Source of the DNA: Phoronis australis
Lineage: Eukaryota > Animalia > Phoronida
Length of the DNA stretch: 64,000 nt
Direction of reading: 5' to 3'
Assembly: GCA_002633005.1 (NCBI GenBank)
Contig: NMRA01000052.1
Span: 1,208,708 to 1,272,707 of the forward strand
Shown here: positions 41,401-53,041 of the stretch, in pieces
Layout of the letters: each line of letters opens with the position of its first letter
Position numbering within the stretch: the first letter of the stretch is position 1
Made by a program: the position numbers and the translations under genes
Notes under the pieces: generated by a model
Told to the model about the DNA's origin: nothing
The model's database searches: none
The model's input: only the letters and a program-made list of their open reading frames with translations

Positions 41401-44400
41401 AAACCCCCGTTGTTCAACAGGTGGTAATTCAGTCTTATTAAAGCAGTGACCACCTGTCATTGCAGTGGAAGGATTTTAAATTACTTTTTAGCTTTAGTCG
41501 TTAAAATGTACTCTATGACATGCAGCTTCATTGGGCTTGTTGGGATCCAGAGCTTTGATGATGAAATGAGGTTGCATCTTTTCTCTTCATGTACAAAATT
41601 TTGATGTTTAGGCTCAACACAGAATAACAGTTCAAATGGAACAGAAAAAAGCAATCGAAGCAGAAGAAAGGTATGATTGGATTTTTTTGTTAAACTCACA
41701 TAAGTGTTAAATGGTGGATGTGCCGGGTAAATTGGCTATGTAAAAGTTTTGTCACAAGGGCAATCAAAAGTAAAACCCCACAGAAAAGTTCCCACAGTGG
41801 GGTCCATTAACACTGAGGTCCAACCACAATAATGCAGTGAGGTAAAAAACATTATCACAGTGAGGTCCAACCACACTTAAAGTGACGTCCAACCGCACCA
41901 TTATGGTGAGGTCCAACCACACCATTAGAATGAGATTCAACCACACTATTACAGTGAGGTCCAACCACACTGCTCTAGTGTAGTCCAACCGCACTGTTAT
42001 GGTGAGGTTAAACCGCACTATAACTGTGAGGTCCAACCACACAACCACAATGAGGTCCACCTAAACTATTTCAGTGAGGCCCAATGACAATGCACTATTA
42101 CTCAGTGATTTTCAACCTTACTAAATGTATTATTACATTGAGATCTGCAGTGTTGTCTTTGATACTGTGTCAATTGGCTGGTACGTACCTGCCTAAAATC
42201 ATAGCTGCCCATTTATCATTCTAAAACAGGGATATTCCTGACAAGATTTGAATCTGTGCCCTGTGGGCACACCTGATGATAAAAAGTATGCCTATCTCCA
42301 AAAAGTTGTGCGCAGCAGACCTAGTGTAATTAAAAGTGGTAACAGATGAAACAGAAACCCCAAGGGTTATCGAAATAAGAACAGAGTCATGTTCATGTAA
42401 AAGTTGCATTTGTTGCATTTAAAAATTCCGTACAAAAAGGCAATCTGATAAAGGTTTCAAACAGACAGTTCAGCTGTGGCAGAATAAGAACACAATCATG
42501 TTATGTAAAATCTGACACGCCTAATCAAAAAGCAGGCAATCTGACAAAGACTTCAAATGTTTAATTTTGATCAAAAATGAACAGCCTGTTGGAAGTCTAA
42601 TGAATCCATCTTCCCTCCTCCTGTCAAATTTCTTGAGTTGGTCGCAATAATCTGGTTTGAGCCGGTTGCGTAGTGGTGTCAACACACGATTCTTCGCATT
42701 AAATGCCCACTCACAGTCCGCTGTGTGCAGAGATTGCACCAGGGCTAATGCTGCTAACTTGCACAAATTTGGGAAATCCTCTTTATGGCACCACTTTTCC
42801 TCTCCGGGCACGTTTTTTTTAGGTGTCCAAAAGTTTAAAGTTGACAATCGCTTTGCCATTCTTCTGTCGTCTGTTCGCTCCTAGCAGACGTCGCTTAGTG
42901 CATGTGATGTCGCGTCCTCTGTCGGAGGATAATTGAATTTCACGGTCGCAGCTGAAGCCTGCATTGTCATTTGTTAACAAGAATCATGGTAATTTACGAT
43001 CAAATATTGGAAAACATACACGCCCTGCTAACTTGGTCTCATTTTAATGAAATCAGCGACCTATATAATACCCGACTGGCTGTAAGTTGACTAGAATCTT
43101 GGATTATTGGAAAAGTGTAACAGTTGTATTTTAAGAGATGTGCCTGGGGGGATACTGCTGCATTACACTTGCGTCTTTATTTTTAATGTGCTTATGGATC
43201 AAAGGCCCGATCTAGGAATATCCCTGCTAAATTGTAGACGTTTTAATGTGCTCCATTTATTCCAAGGATGAAGCTAATCGGAGATCAAGGTGAGGAACGT
43301 GTCTCCAGTCTGGAGAACAAACTGTCAGAACTCTCCGCTGTGGTGGGGAACTATGAACGACTTCGCTACCAGGACCAAACCAACATACAGAAGCTAAAGG
43401 AACGAGTCACTCAGCTGGACATGGAGAATACGGCCTTGGCTCGCGCAGCGCACTCTAGTGCCATCACGGATAACGACGAGGCAAATCTTGATGTACAGGG
43501 ACTAATAGAAAAGATGACACAGCTGAAAGGGCTGCTGAAACTGGCCAATGAGAGGTCGGAGAAACACGTTAACATCGATGGTAGGGGACTTTTTAATATA
43601 AATTGCTTATTTCCACAGATAGTCAAAAGAAAAATGATTCAAGAAATGCCAAGAAGCCTTGAAAATATTAGTTACCTGATTGTGTTGGAAATTGATTTTA
43701 TTCAACAGTTTGAGCTAAAAGAAAACACAAAATAACCTGTTATTCCTCGTCATGATAGCCAAGCACAAGCAGAATGCCACGTTATGATGGTTAAGCTTAA
43801 GCGGACTTGACTGTCATAGAAGCCATCCATCACCATTTACTGGAAAGTTGATAAAGTGTGAATTAGCCATTCGCTATTCCTGTAATTGGGATCTAATAAT
43901 TTGTAAACAAATCTTTAGCTTTGACGAGGGCTGTAACACAATGAAATGTGTTTTTGAGATATTTTACGAATCGCCAAACTCATCATTGTTTGCCAGACAT
44001 TCACTGAAATCTAGGTCATTGGCTTTATTAGCTAAATGAACCTAGGCTACTCTGCCAGCCTGCAGAGCATTTGGCTATGATGCGAGAGTTTCAGGTTTCG
44101 AATCTACAATGGGGCTGATTTCAGAAAAGATATTTCTTGTCAATGATATGATTTTAAGTTGAAAAGTCTGCAGGCAGAATTGGCTTTCATAGAGTAGAAA
44201 CACGTTTTGTCTGTTTTCTTGTGGGTTGTATTGAAGTTGGAAGTCCAAAATCTTAGGTTGAATACGGGGTTTACTATTGTCTTTACCACCATTGGCTTCT
44301 TTCTTTCTTTTTTGTTAGAAGTCAGCCTCTCAAACCCTGTTGGGTGTGAGTCATCGTTTTTTGTACATTCATAAGACAAGTGAAAATTTAAGCAATAGAT

Positions 44401-46911
44401 CTTGTCTGTGAATCTACTGAAATTGCCTTGACCTTATCGGAGCCAAGCATTTGACAAAAATGTGTGGCCTGTGGTGACAGTTGATATTTCTTTTTAGTAG
44501 ATTTTTATATACCATCCTTCATTGCACCTTTGATACTAAGCGATCGAAAGAGAACAAGTCAGTGTGATCTAATTTGGCATGTTTCCACTGCCTTTACTCA
44601 ATGTTTGGGTTTGAATCCCAATGGGGCACAATGCTAGAGCCTTGAGTCAGGTCTCTAGTTCATCAGCTCTTTTAAACTATGTATCCGGTGATCAGTGCAA
44701 TGGGCCCACCTGACCGGCCTGCGCACATCTGGTACTAGGTGTATCAGATTGCCTACATGTGAATGCCAACAAACATGTCTGTAGCACGCCATGGCTAACT
44801 TCTGTGTACAGTAGTACTAATGCATGTGCAGATGCATTATCTGAAGAGCATATTTACCGTGCACTTTGGAGAAAGCTGCGGTCAACCTTTCAGCAGTCAA
44901 AAAGAGCACATATCAACAATCAAAGATCAAAATAGTAATTGTGTATCGTTGCATTTCAGAAGGATATTAACTGGGTGAGAATGGTCAACGCAGCCTAGAT
45001 TGTTCGTGTCACCTCTGTTCAATACTTGTGTTTCAGAACTGATGAGAGAACAGTGCGAGGAGTCTGATGATGATTATGACGTTCACAAGAGATGTCAGGA
45101 AGAATACCAGCAGTTGAAGGAGGAGTTTGAACGTTATAAATTGAGAGCACAATCTGTGCTGAAGAATAAAAATGCTAAAGTGAGTATCATCCAAAGTTTA
45201 CACACCGTTTGAACATTATTAAGTGAGTACACAGTCCGTGCTTAAATTCTCAAATGAGTATTGTCCAAAGGTTACACACAGTTTGAACATTATATGTTAA
45301 CATCACAGTCTGTTGAAGAAGGAAAATGCTAACAGCGAATATTGTCCAAAGTTTATGCAGTTTGAATGTCATAAATTAAGAGTACAGTCCTGGTGTCCAT
45401 AGCCAATGAGTACCATTCAAAATTTACACACGGTTGGAACATAAACTGAGAGTACTGTCCAAAGGTTACACACAGTTTGAGCGTTATCATAGTTTGAACA
45501 CTATGAATTGAGAGCATAGTCCATGCTCAAGAATTAAAATGCTAAGGCGAGTTTTTTCGAAAGTTTAAGCAGAGTTTGAAATCACCGTAAATGAACTGAG
45601 AACATATTCTGGGCTTAAGAACAAAAATGCTCAAGTGAGTATTGTCCTAAGCTTCCTCAGAATTTGAATGTTATGAACTTTGACCATGTGTGTTTAGGAA
45701 TAAGAATGCTTTTATTGATTATTTTCCCATAGTTTACACACTGTGTGAATGTTATGTAGTTAGTGCTCAAGAAGCAAGTACTTTTGTCAAATGTTTACAC
45801 TGAGTTTTAACCTTTTAAACTGATAGCTTAGTATGTATACAAGAATAACAATTCAAAAGTGAGTAATGTCTTGAGTTTACAAGCAGTTATTATAATGGTT
45901 GATACATTTTAATTTCCCAGAAACTTTGTGCAGTAAAGGTTTAACCTATTCATTTGATGTTTTAAATTAGTATTACCTTGGTTTGAGAAAGGCTGATTTT
46001 AATTCGTCTACAGGTAAAGCATAAATTCATTATGTGATCCTATTTTATATGGAATATTTTTCTAGGACCCTGCGTCATCTAAGGAGCTGGAGTCATATAA
46101 GTCGCAAGTAGCAGAACTCAAAGACAAACTGCGGAATCTCATGTCGAACAATGAAGACGAGGATGTAAAACACAAACGGAATGTGGAGGACCTAAGGAGG
46201 ACCATTTCCAAACTTCAGGAGAACCACAAGGTGGAGCTGGATGCCGCGGAGACCGAATACAAACAGAAAGCAGCTCAGCAAGAGCTTCAGATACGTCGAC
46301 AGAGGGAAAGGACTATTGCTTTGTTAGCTGAGAAAGACCAGGAAATAGAGTCTCTGAGACAGCGAGATCCTTTCTCGAATGATTATAATAGCCTCAGTGC
46401 AAACCGGCGAGTTTCTCTTTCACCTGAGGGAAGTGCAGAGTCAAATGAGGAATCAGTAACAGAACTCTTCTCAAAGCCACCAGGTGGCATAGGTGCACAA
46501 AGTGAAGGACAGCAGCTGCTGCACTTCTCCGAGGAACAAGCGAGAAAAGAAGTGGAGATACAGCACTTAAGGAAATCAAAACACCAGGTGGAGACTGCGT
46601 TGCGTGAACTTCAGCAGAATTGTCTCGTTAAAGAGGAGAGATATGCCGAAGAGATTGAAGATTTAAAGGAAGAAGTGAGAAAGTTGGAGAGGAATAAGTC
46701 ACGGGAGAGTGCGAACTTGGAATACCTAAAGAATGTGGTGTATAAGTACATGGTGTGTAGCGACACCCTGGGGAAGGAACAAATGTTGAACGCTATAGCA
46801 ACCATACTGCAGTTCAGCCCTCAAGAAAAGAAAGATGTTCATCACTTTCACACGAGCTGGTGGCTGTTTTATCACCAGGAGTCCAAGACCAAATATAAAC
46901 CAAAGAAATAG
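35458..46911 (+). CDS. GCC1: GRIP and coiled-coil domain-containing protein 1 (golgin GCC88), 10 coding exons, 720 aa
   Basis: Exons 35458-35542, 36073-36257, 37568-37708, 38132-38221, 38820-38927, 40289-40480, 41612-41670, 43267-43580, 45037-45179, 46066-46911; GT-AG with consistent phases, 2163 nt. Motifs AYKGLVKEKEALEAS, QEKSKMEA.Y, LKEEFERYKLRAQSVLK and the C-terminal GRIP domain ANLEYLKNVVYKYM..AIATILQFSPQE. Confidence 0.95.
36830..37256. repeat. Minisatellite, ~22-bp unit
   Basis: (gctggggctcttgactaatagaa)n, degenerate. Confidence 0.9.
38943..39690 (+). mobile_element. HINE/DINE-1-like element, partial, starting ~15 nt after a GCC1 donor
   Basis: Begins tttctatgtacccacgt..tccgctgctgtt..gatgtgttcctatgaa. 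Motifs GTGTCCTCTAGTGGC (39137) and GCGCCTCCTAGTGGC (39549); a short (ggtcctagcaa) repeat at ~39446-39496. Confidence 0.6.
41790..42085. repeat. Minisatellite, ~24-bp unit
   Basis: (gtgaggtccaaccacactattaca)n, degenerate. It explains the repetitive ORF 41764-42060. Confidence 0.9.
42521..42859 (-). pseudogene. hAT transposase remnant (C-terminal dimerisation motif) in an internally deleted element (~42226-43027)
   Basis: FPNLCKLAALALVQSLHTADCEWAFNAKNRVLTPLRNRL matches the hAT FPNL..L..STA.CER.FS..N...T..RNRL motif. A CAGGG terminus lies at 43027 (-). Confidence 0.8.
44600..44915 (+). mobile_element. tRNA-derived SINE
   Basis: B-box-like GGTTTGAATCCC followed by the body shared with the 19956 copy. 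Confidence 0.6.
45125..45885 (+). repeat. Tandem repeat (~80-bp unit) derived from the 3' end of GCC1 exon 9 plus its donor site
   Basis: The first unit gtttgaacgttataaattgagagcacaatctgtgctgaagaataaaaatgctaaa|gtgagtatcatccaaagtttacacac recurs degenerately about 9 times. Confidence 0.8.
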
Positions 46912-48592
46912 CAGTTTTGGCTTACACGGTAAAATCTCACCATTGCAGGACGCAATGTGGCAAACAACGGACCTTTTTGCTTTTCATTTTTTTTCAAGAA
47001 AAAATAAAGTAGCATTAAATAAATGCAATACCATTTTGAACATCAGACTATGTTTTGAAAAATTGTGGGCATCCACATGAATTTTAGACGTTTTTCAGAA
47101 ATGAAACATATCAATTTTGGAGTTATTTTTGTCCAAAGTTAGTGAGATTTTACCATCCTCAGTTTGTTCTAGCATTAGTGCTAACAGGACACTGTTTGTT
47201 CTAGCATTAGTGCTAACAGGATACTGAAACCTGCTTTGAGCTGTTAGCAAAAAGCACGACTAGATCACTTAGTACTTTGGAAATAGAATAATGCTCTGCA
47301 ACCCTGATCAACCCTTAAAAGGTTGAAACATGTTCCATTTTGGCATACAGTGAAGAAGTTTTTCATCGTAATAAAGCTCTAATTTCATAGGGAGGCAGAA
47401 ATTGTGCTCATACTGGTGACATGTCCAATTTTGAGGAAAATATATAAAAGTGACTCTCGGGTGTGATATAATGTGGGGTTTATGGCATACATGTACCATT
47501 CCTAGTCAAATGTGAGTGTGCTTTGTATGGGTATGAGTCAATGACTGAACAATGTCAGTATTGAGTTTCATCTTCTTTAGAGATGGTTATGTATACTACT
47601 GAGACTAACTGAAAGCTCTGTCTCCTATAATGGTGGTTGCTATTTATTACAAGTTGTCAGGGATAAAGAAAGTTTCCTGTAGCCTATTGACATAGTATTG
47701 AATTTGATGGTAAAGCTTTTTCATTTAAGGATTTTATTAAATGTTACAGAACAATAATGAAGAATAATTGAATTCTTACTTATTATCGTTATGGTTTCCT
47801 CTCTATATCTGTCCTCAAACTTAAAATTTTTAACCCTATAAGAAGCTGTTGAAAAAAGGATTCAAATTTTTGGCATTTAGTTATTACAGTAGTAGGTTCA
47901 TGCTATCTTGGAGTGCAGGGGCATTCTTTGTTAATGATTGAAATGATTGAAGAGAAGAGTTTTTCCAGTAATGCATTAACTAAAGGATTCATTGCACATT
48001 GTAAATATCTCGCTCCTGCTCCACCCTGTTCCTTCGTCTCCCTGTTTCCCTCTCCTTTCTCTAGCCACTCCCNCCCTTCTTTGCTTTTTTTTCTCCCTTT
48101 CCTTAAAGTAAAATGTGTCAGTGCCATTAAAATGATTTTTATTTTAGAATATTATACTACTTATCCTAGGAGTCTGGTGTCATGTGATTTTCTGTTATCA
48201 TGACTTTATCTAAATCAGAACTTACAAAACGCTTTGTTTATCCATTATTTAATTGTTTGGTTGCCATCGTAAATTGTGCTGGTTCTGAGGTACAATGTAC
48301 TGGGGAGAATTGCAATACAATGCTCTGGAATTGCTTGAACCTTAGTGTATCCTATGACCGCATCGTCCACGTTCAGCGTAAGAACATCAATTGGTTTGAT
48401 GGTTACAGTGTCGCATTCGGGTAACCAATGTGCCATTTATATGTGCAGTTTTAAACGTATCCACTTTGGTGATTTTTACGTGCCCACACATTTACATGTG
48501 GGCGCATTGTGCCGTCATCCCTGTCTGTCGGACGTCCGGCGTCCACTGCTCTATCTCCAAAACCCTTTGATATACGTGTATGTGTGCATTAA

Positions 48593-49925
48593 AGGAGAAT
48601 GCCACCCACCCAAAAACAATCTAGTTTGTATCAATTTAGATCGAGTAGTTCCACTTTATAACAACAAGTACAGCTCTTTTACCTCGGCTGACGGCAGACG
48701 GAGGTATTGATGTTAACCAATGACACAGAGGTTCGAATGCAGGCTGCTCTGCAGTTCGATGACAGATTATCGCTTGAATTCATCGTTTTACACCAATAAA
48801 TCGTCAAAATTTGATTTATAACCCTGATGAGTACATCGAGTTATTGAACAAACGTGTTATTTTATTTCGCTGTTACGGATTTTTAAGCATTTGACCTTAC
48901 CGTAGCCTACAAAGTTTTTTGATAGGCCAATTTACCAAGGTCAGTCGCGGGAGTTTGGGGTCTGTTCGGTGATAAATTCAAATTATTTGTCCGTGAAATA
49001 CAGAAGAATATAGCTGTGTCTGTTGCAATTTTACACTTGCGATTTTTTTCAGCTAAACCCACAAAACGCTTGTTATCCCGGCCAGTGGCTCGGACTAAGT
49101 AACCCCGAACAGGCCCATCGCGGCTGGACTGAGACATCACGAACATAAACCAGCCAAAGTTGGAGACTAAACTTCCAGTCACGAAAAGACTATACTAATG
49201 AGCCAAAGAAAGAAGAGCACGTGATTATTTTGGTGAATTAGCCGCGAAATTTCAAATCTACTTACCAACTCGTCGGGGGCGGCGAATTGCCGGTCAGGTT
49301 CATTAGCGACCCTTCTACAGATAACCGCCGAGGCAAAAGTTGTATAGTAACAATGGTTCGAATAATGTATATGAATATCTAAATAAAGATTCCCCTAACA
49401 TCTGACCATAGAATATAATGAAATCGAGTTTCTAAAGCCGGTAACGCAGTGATTTATTGCAGGCTTCTCACATCATTTGCGCTCACGAACACTCAAAGGC
49501 ATTTAAAATTGTTTCTAACGAGACACTGTCTGGCAGACTTTGTTTCAGCTTTATATCAGAATAATTCATTTTGAGACGGAACGCACAATAATAAACGTCA
49601 ACGGGGCAACTCGCCAATCCAGACTTAGACGACTCATCCGACGAAGACTTCACAGGACGCCCGTTCGAACCGGAATACACTGATCAAGAAATAATAGAGA
49701 GGCTCCGTGAACGTGCACAGACAAGAGATCACATAGATAGTTCTGAAAATCGTTTGAATGATTTGTCATGGTGTCAGTGAGCTAACTCAGTGAACAATGC
49801 TGGAAACGACTGACGCTTGCGTTTGCTGCCACGAAATTCCGCAAAGGAGACGCCTTCTTGGAGAAGCGCAGATGTGTCTCACGGACCAACCTGATTTTGC
49901 ACCGCATCTAAACTGAGGTGTGCTT
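48593..49925. mobile_element. Kolobok transposon remnant (one end plus KolX pseudogene)
   Basis: TTAA|AGGAGAATGCCACCC terminus and a KolX-like pseudo-ORF inside. The second terminus was not found. Confidence 0.65.
49601..49925 (+). pseudogene. KolX / P2X7-C-terminal-like cysteine-rich protein, disrupted
   Basis: DSSDEDFTGRPFEPEYTD..RLNDLSWCQ*AN [frameshift] MLETTDACVCCHEIP..CLTDQPDF..LN*GVL fits PYxFEP..WCxCxxCxxMxTxxECxCCxE..CITxHxxF. Confidence 0.75.
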
Positions 49926-52337
49926 ATACGGGAGAGGGATAAAACTCCCCTCCCGTGTAAGACACCTTTTTGTTTTTGTAGCCAAACAGTGAAATTTCCA
50001 TGCGTCCTGGTACGTTTCTGGCACTTAACATGTCCCTGGAGTTGTTCATAAGATAATTAAAAACCCTTTTCGATTTCGTCACATGAACTTGGCTCATAAG
50101 TTTCGTGAAACCGTTGCGCACATCTGGGTATGAGTCACACCACCAGCAAAAATTTTTGTTGGAACATCTGCTTACACACACATTTTTAGCATACGAAAAG
50201 TCGTATACGAAAAAGTGTGGTGTGTATACAGGGGTTTAAACAACTACCAAACATTGAAGAGCATAAGGAGCACCCACGGGGCGTAAAAACTTGAATCCAG
50301 CCTCAAGCTGTTAAAGAATGGTTAGTCCGGAAATAAACATGTGTTCTGTCTCGTTACGAGAAAAACTGGCGAACGATGGTGCTCTCAGCTCATAGTCTAT
50401 TACTAAAAGCAACAATAAACAATTAAGTATCACTTTATTAAGCTGAATCACGTTGACAACAATTGAAAAACGTCAAATGTATCGGGAAACAAATTGTCTG
50501 AAAACAGTTTCACGAAACCAAAACACTCTGTAGGCCTACACTGTGGTGAAAAGATATACAGGAGCAGTTCGCAGAGGGACATCTTCGACGTTTGTTTCCA
50601 ACGCTTGCACTTAGTCAACTGTTGTGTCAATGAGCTTGTCCACCTCTACAATGCAGCATCTCGTTTAGCAGCTCAGTTGGCACTAAGCCCCCTGAGGCTA
50701 CCAAGTCCATTCAAAAGACTTACAGCATGCGCAACTCAATTTGTTCCCGGCGTTCATCATGGACTACTTCAAACCTGGCGATGTATCCCAGGACCCATTT
50801 GCATCTCTTGCAATTTTCGAAATAAACGTCCCAATGTGTGAACGCTTGAAACCCGAAGTTCTAACATCAAATAAATGCCCATGGGCATGGTCGTTTCGTC
50901 GGGTCGGCCTTTCTGCGGAAATTACCAGTAAAGGAAACCTCAGTGGTGCTTATTGCAGGTAGAAAGACGGTAGGTATTGAGGTCGGCACTAGGGCTCCTT
51001 AGAAGGCCCATTGAACATCGCACGAGTCCCGCAAGACTTTGTTGTGAAAATACAGCCTCCCCACAATTTCTGGTACTGTACACGGTTCGCGAATGCGGTC
51101 ACTTTGTTAATGTGAGTGCCCCCTTGGTCATTTCTTGTATAGACATAACTTACTTGTTAGAGTGCCATGATCTTCAAACAGACTCGCGACCAGACCACGG
51201 CGACCGCCACAATAGCAATTCTTCGGAAAAGGAGTTTTTTTTCAAAAGTATTACATGTACATGTACACTGTATGATATTGCGCAAGACCACAATACACCA
51301 GTCAAATTCGAGTTACAAACGTGTGGGGTGTAATAGGATGACACGGCATGACAGCTAGATGAGGTAAAAACGTTGCTTGTCAATTCGCCTGAATATCAGG
51401 GTTGCGGCACCACAGTATTTCCCCTAATCAAATCAAAACATATCTTAGTGTACAGAAACTAGTTACCTAAAGAAATCAGCTATAGAGCTGCTCTTTCAGC
51501 GGTGGATTCATCCTAGATCCATCTAAAATGCTTACTACTTCAGAAGTGCCCGCACAATTGATCTCTGGAGTTTTGCCGATGAGACACGGAGACTCGAAAC
51601 GCGTTGATTTTCATAACAGCAATTCACAATGCAAAAAATATATTTTCAGAGTGAACCCCCCCTCATTTTTTTCCAAGTTGGTTTACTCGGGGTTTACACA
51701 AGCTGGCTGGAGTCGTTTTTGTTTTTGTTTTTAATTTTCAGGTCCTGGCCCGAGGGGGGGTTTAAACCCCNCACTGGTGTGCCCCTTAGCGGCAATTTTA
51801 GTTCTTTACGTTTTCGAAAGTTCTCCACGGATTTTCATAGAATTAGGCACCTATTAATTAGTGAGATTACGCTATCATTTCGTTTTCGGGTGGATTCGAT
51901 GTATTGCACTCCTTAGTGGTCATTTTTACTGTTTTCGATTCTATGTTTGGCGCCCTCCCTACTATCAACCCGGCAAACCATTCTATCGATGATTGTGTGC
52001 ACGTATTTCTTACTGTCGTGCCCATGACGCCGGCTGACGATCAGTGGTTTTCCGACGACTTGGACTCCGTGGCGCCTCCTAGTGGCAGTTTTGTTTTTGT
52101 TTGTGCCCGTGGCTTCATCTCCTAAGCCCTCTGCAGGATCCACGCAGAGGATCATTATGAAAATTTGCAGATGTGTTCCTACTGATCAGAGCATAACTGA
52201 CGTGGATTTTCAAACTGGTCCAACTACTGTGGTGCCCCCGAGTGACATTTTTTCGCGTCTTCCGTTGTATCTCCTAAACCCCTTGCAACATGTTTTTGAA
52301 GTTTTGCAATTGTTCACGAAAACAACAACGGATTTAA

Positions 52338-52385
52338 AACTTGACATGTTTCGGTGTCATTTATTAAACACCATCCTCAGAAGTC
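52338..52385 (-). ncRNA. Minimal type I hammerhead ribozyme
   Basis: Exact reverse complement of the motif at 52994-53041. Confidence 0.85.
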
Positions 52386-52993
52386 ATAATACAGTGGCCA
52401 CCTAGCTAGGCCCAGCAACAAGTAATGAAGCACAGATACAGTCAGTTACAGGGAGTGACAATGAACTATACCAACAATGACAACCTGTGGTGTGTCAGTT
52501 GCCTATTGAGATTGGGCTTGCACCAACTGATATGTAAAGCCTCACGAATTTTAAGCTCCTTTGTTGTTACTGCCTGGTCTATTATTGCAAAGTCATTGAA
52601 AGAGCACTGCTGATAACAATGATTGGAGCTCTGCAGGTGAATATTTACATGTGAATTACTGTCAGAATNNNNNNNNNNNNNNNNNNNNNNNNNNNNNNNN
52701 NNNNNNNNNNNNNNNNNNNNNNNNNNNNNNNNNNNNNNNNNNNNNNNNNNNNNNNNNNNNNNNNNNNNNNNNNNNNNNNNNNNNNNNNNNNNNNNNNNNG
52801 ACCAGGCAGTAACAACAAAGGAGCTTAAAATTCGTGAGGCTTTACATATCAGTTGGTGCAAGCCCAATCTCAATAGGCAACTGACACACCACAGGTTGTC
52901 ATTGTTGGTATAGTTCATTGTCACTCCCTGTAACTGACTGTATCTGTGCTTCATTACTTGTTGCTGGGCCTAGCTAGGTGGCCACTGTATTAT

Positions 52994-53041
52994 GACTTCT
53001 GAGGATGGTGTTTAATAAATGACACCGAAACATGTCAAGTT
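52994..53041 (+). ncRNA. Minimal type I hammerhead ribozyme
   Basis: Stem I GACTT/AAGTT; core CTGAGGA; extra U; stem II GGTGTT/GACACC; GAAA; palindromic stem III ACATGT. Predicted cleavage is after GUC at 53036. Confidence 0.85.

Noticed and set aside
26810-42085. Regular repeats at 26.8, 36.8 and 41.8 kb as CRISPR-like arrays
   Set aside because: They are degenerate head-to-tail units without unique spacers, in a eukaryotic context with no cas genes. These are minisatellites.
44030-44115. tRNA-like sequence (similar at ~12575-12605, ~55900-55975, ~63020-63060)
   Set aside because: Only degenerate A/B boxes with no complete cloverleaf. Probably SINE heads rather than tRNA genes.
50580-50900. 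hAT dimerisation-like residues (LFPTL..SQDPFASLAIFEIN)
   Set aside because: Too degraded and without defined termini to call as a feature.
51576-51606. Hammerhead-like string CCGATGAG..CTCGAAACGCGTT
   Set aside because: The core is CCGA rather than CUGA and no stem I can be formed. At best a decayed relic.
52425-52954. Duplicate ORFs MKHRYSQLQG on both strands
   Set aside because: Antisense readings of the Penelope inverted arms, one of them running through the gap.
52913-53040. Possible SECIS in the Penelope 3' UTR (some PLEs encode selenoproteins)
   Set aside because: The ATGA at ~52992 lacks the correctly spaced AA loop and GA partner, the visible ORF ends in TAG, and the segment is explained by the hammerhead.
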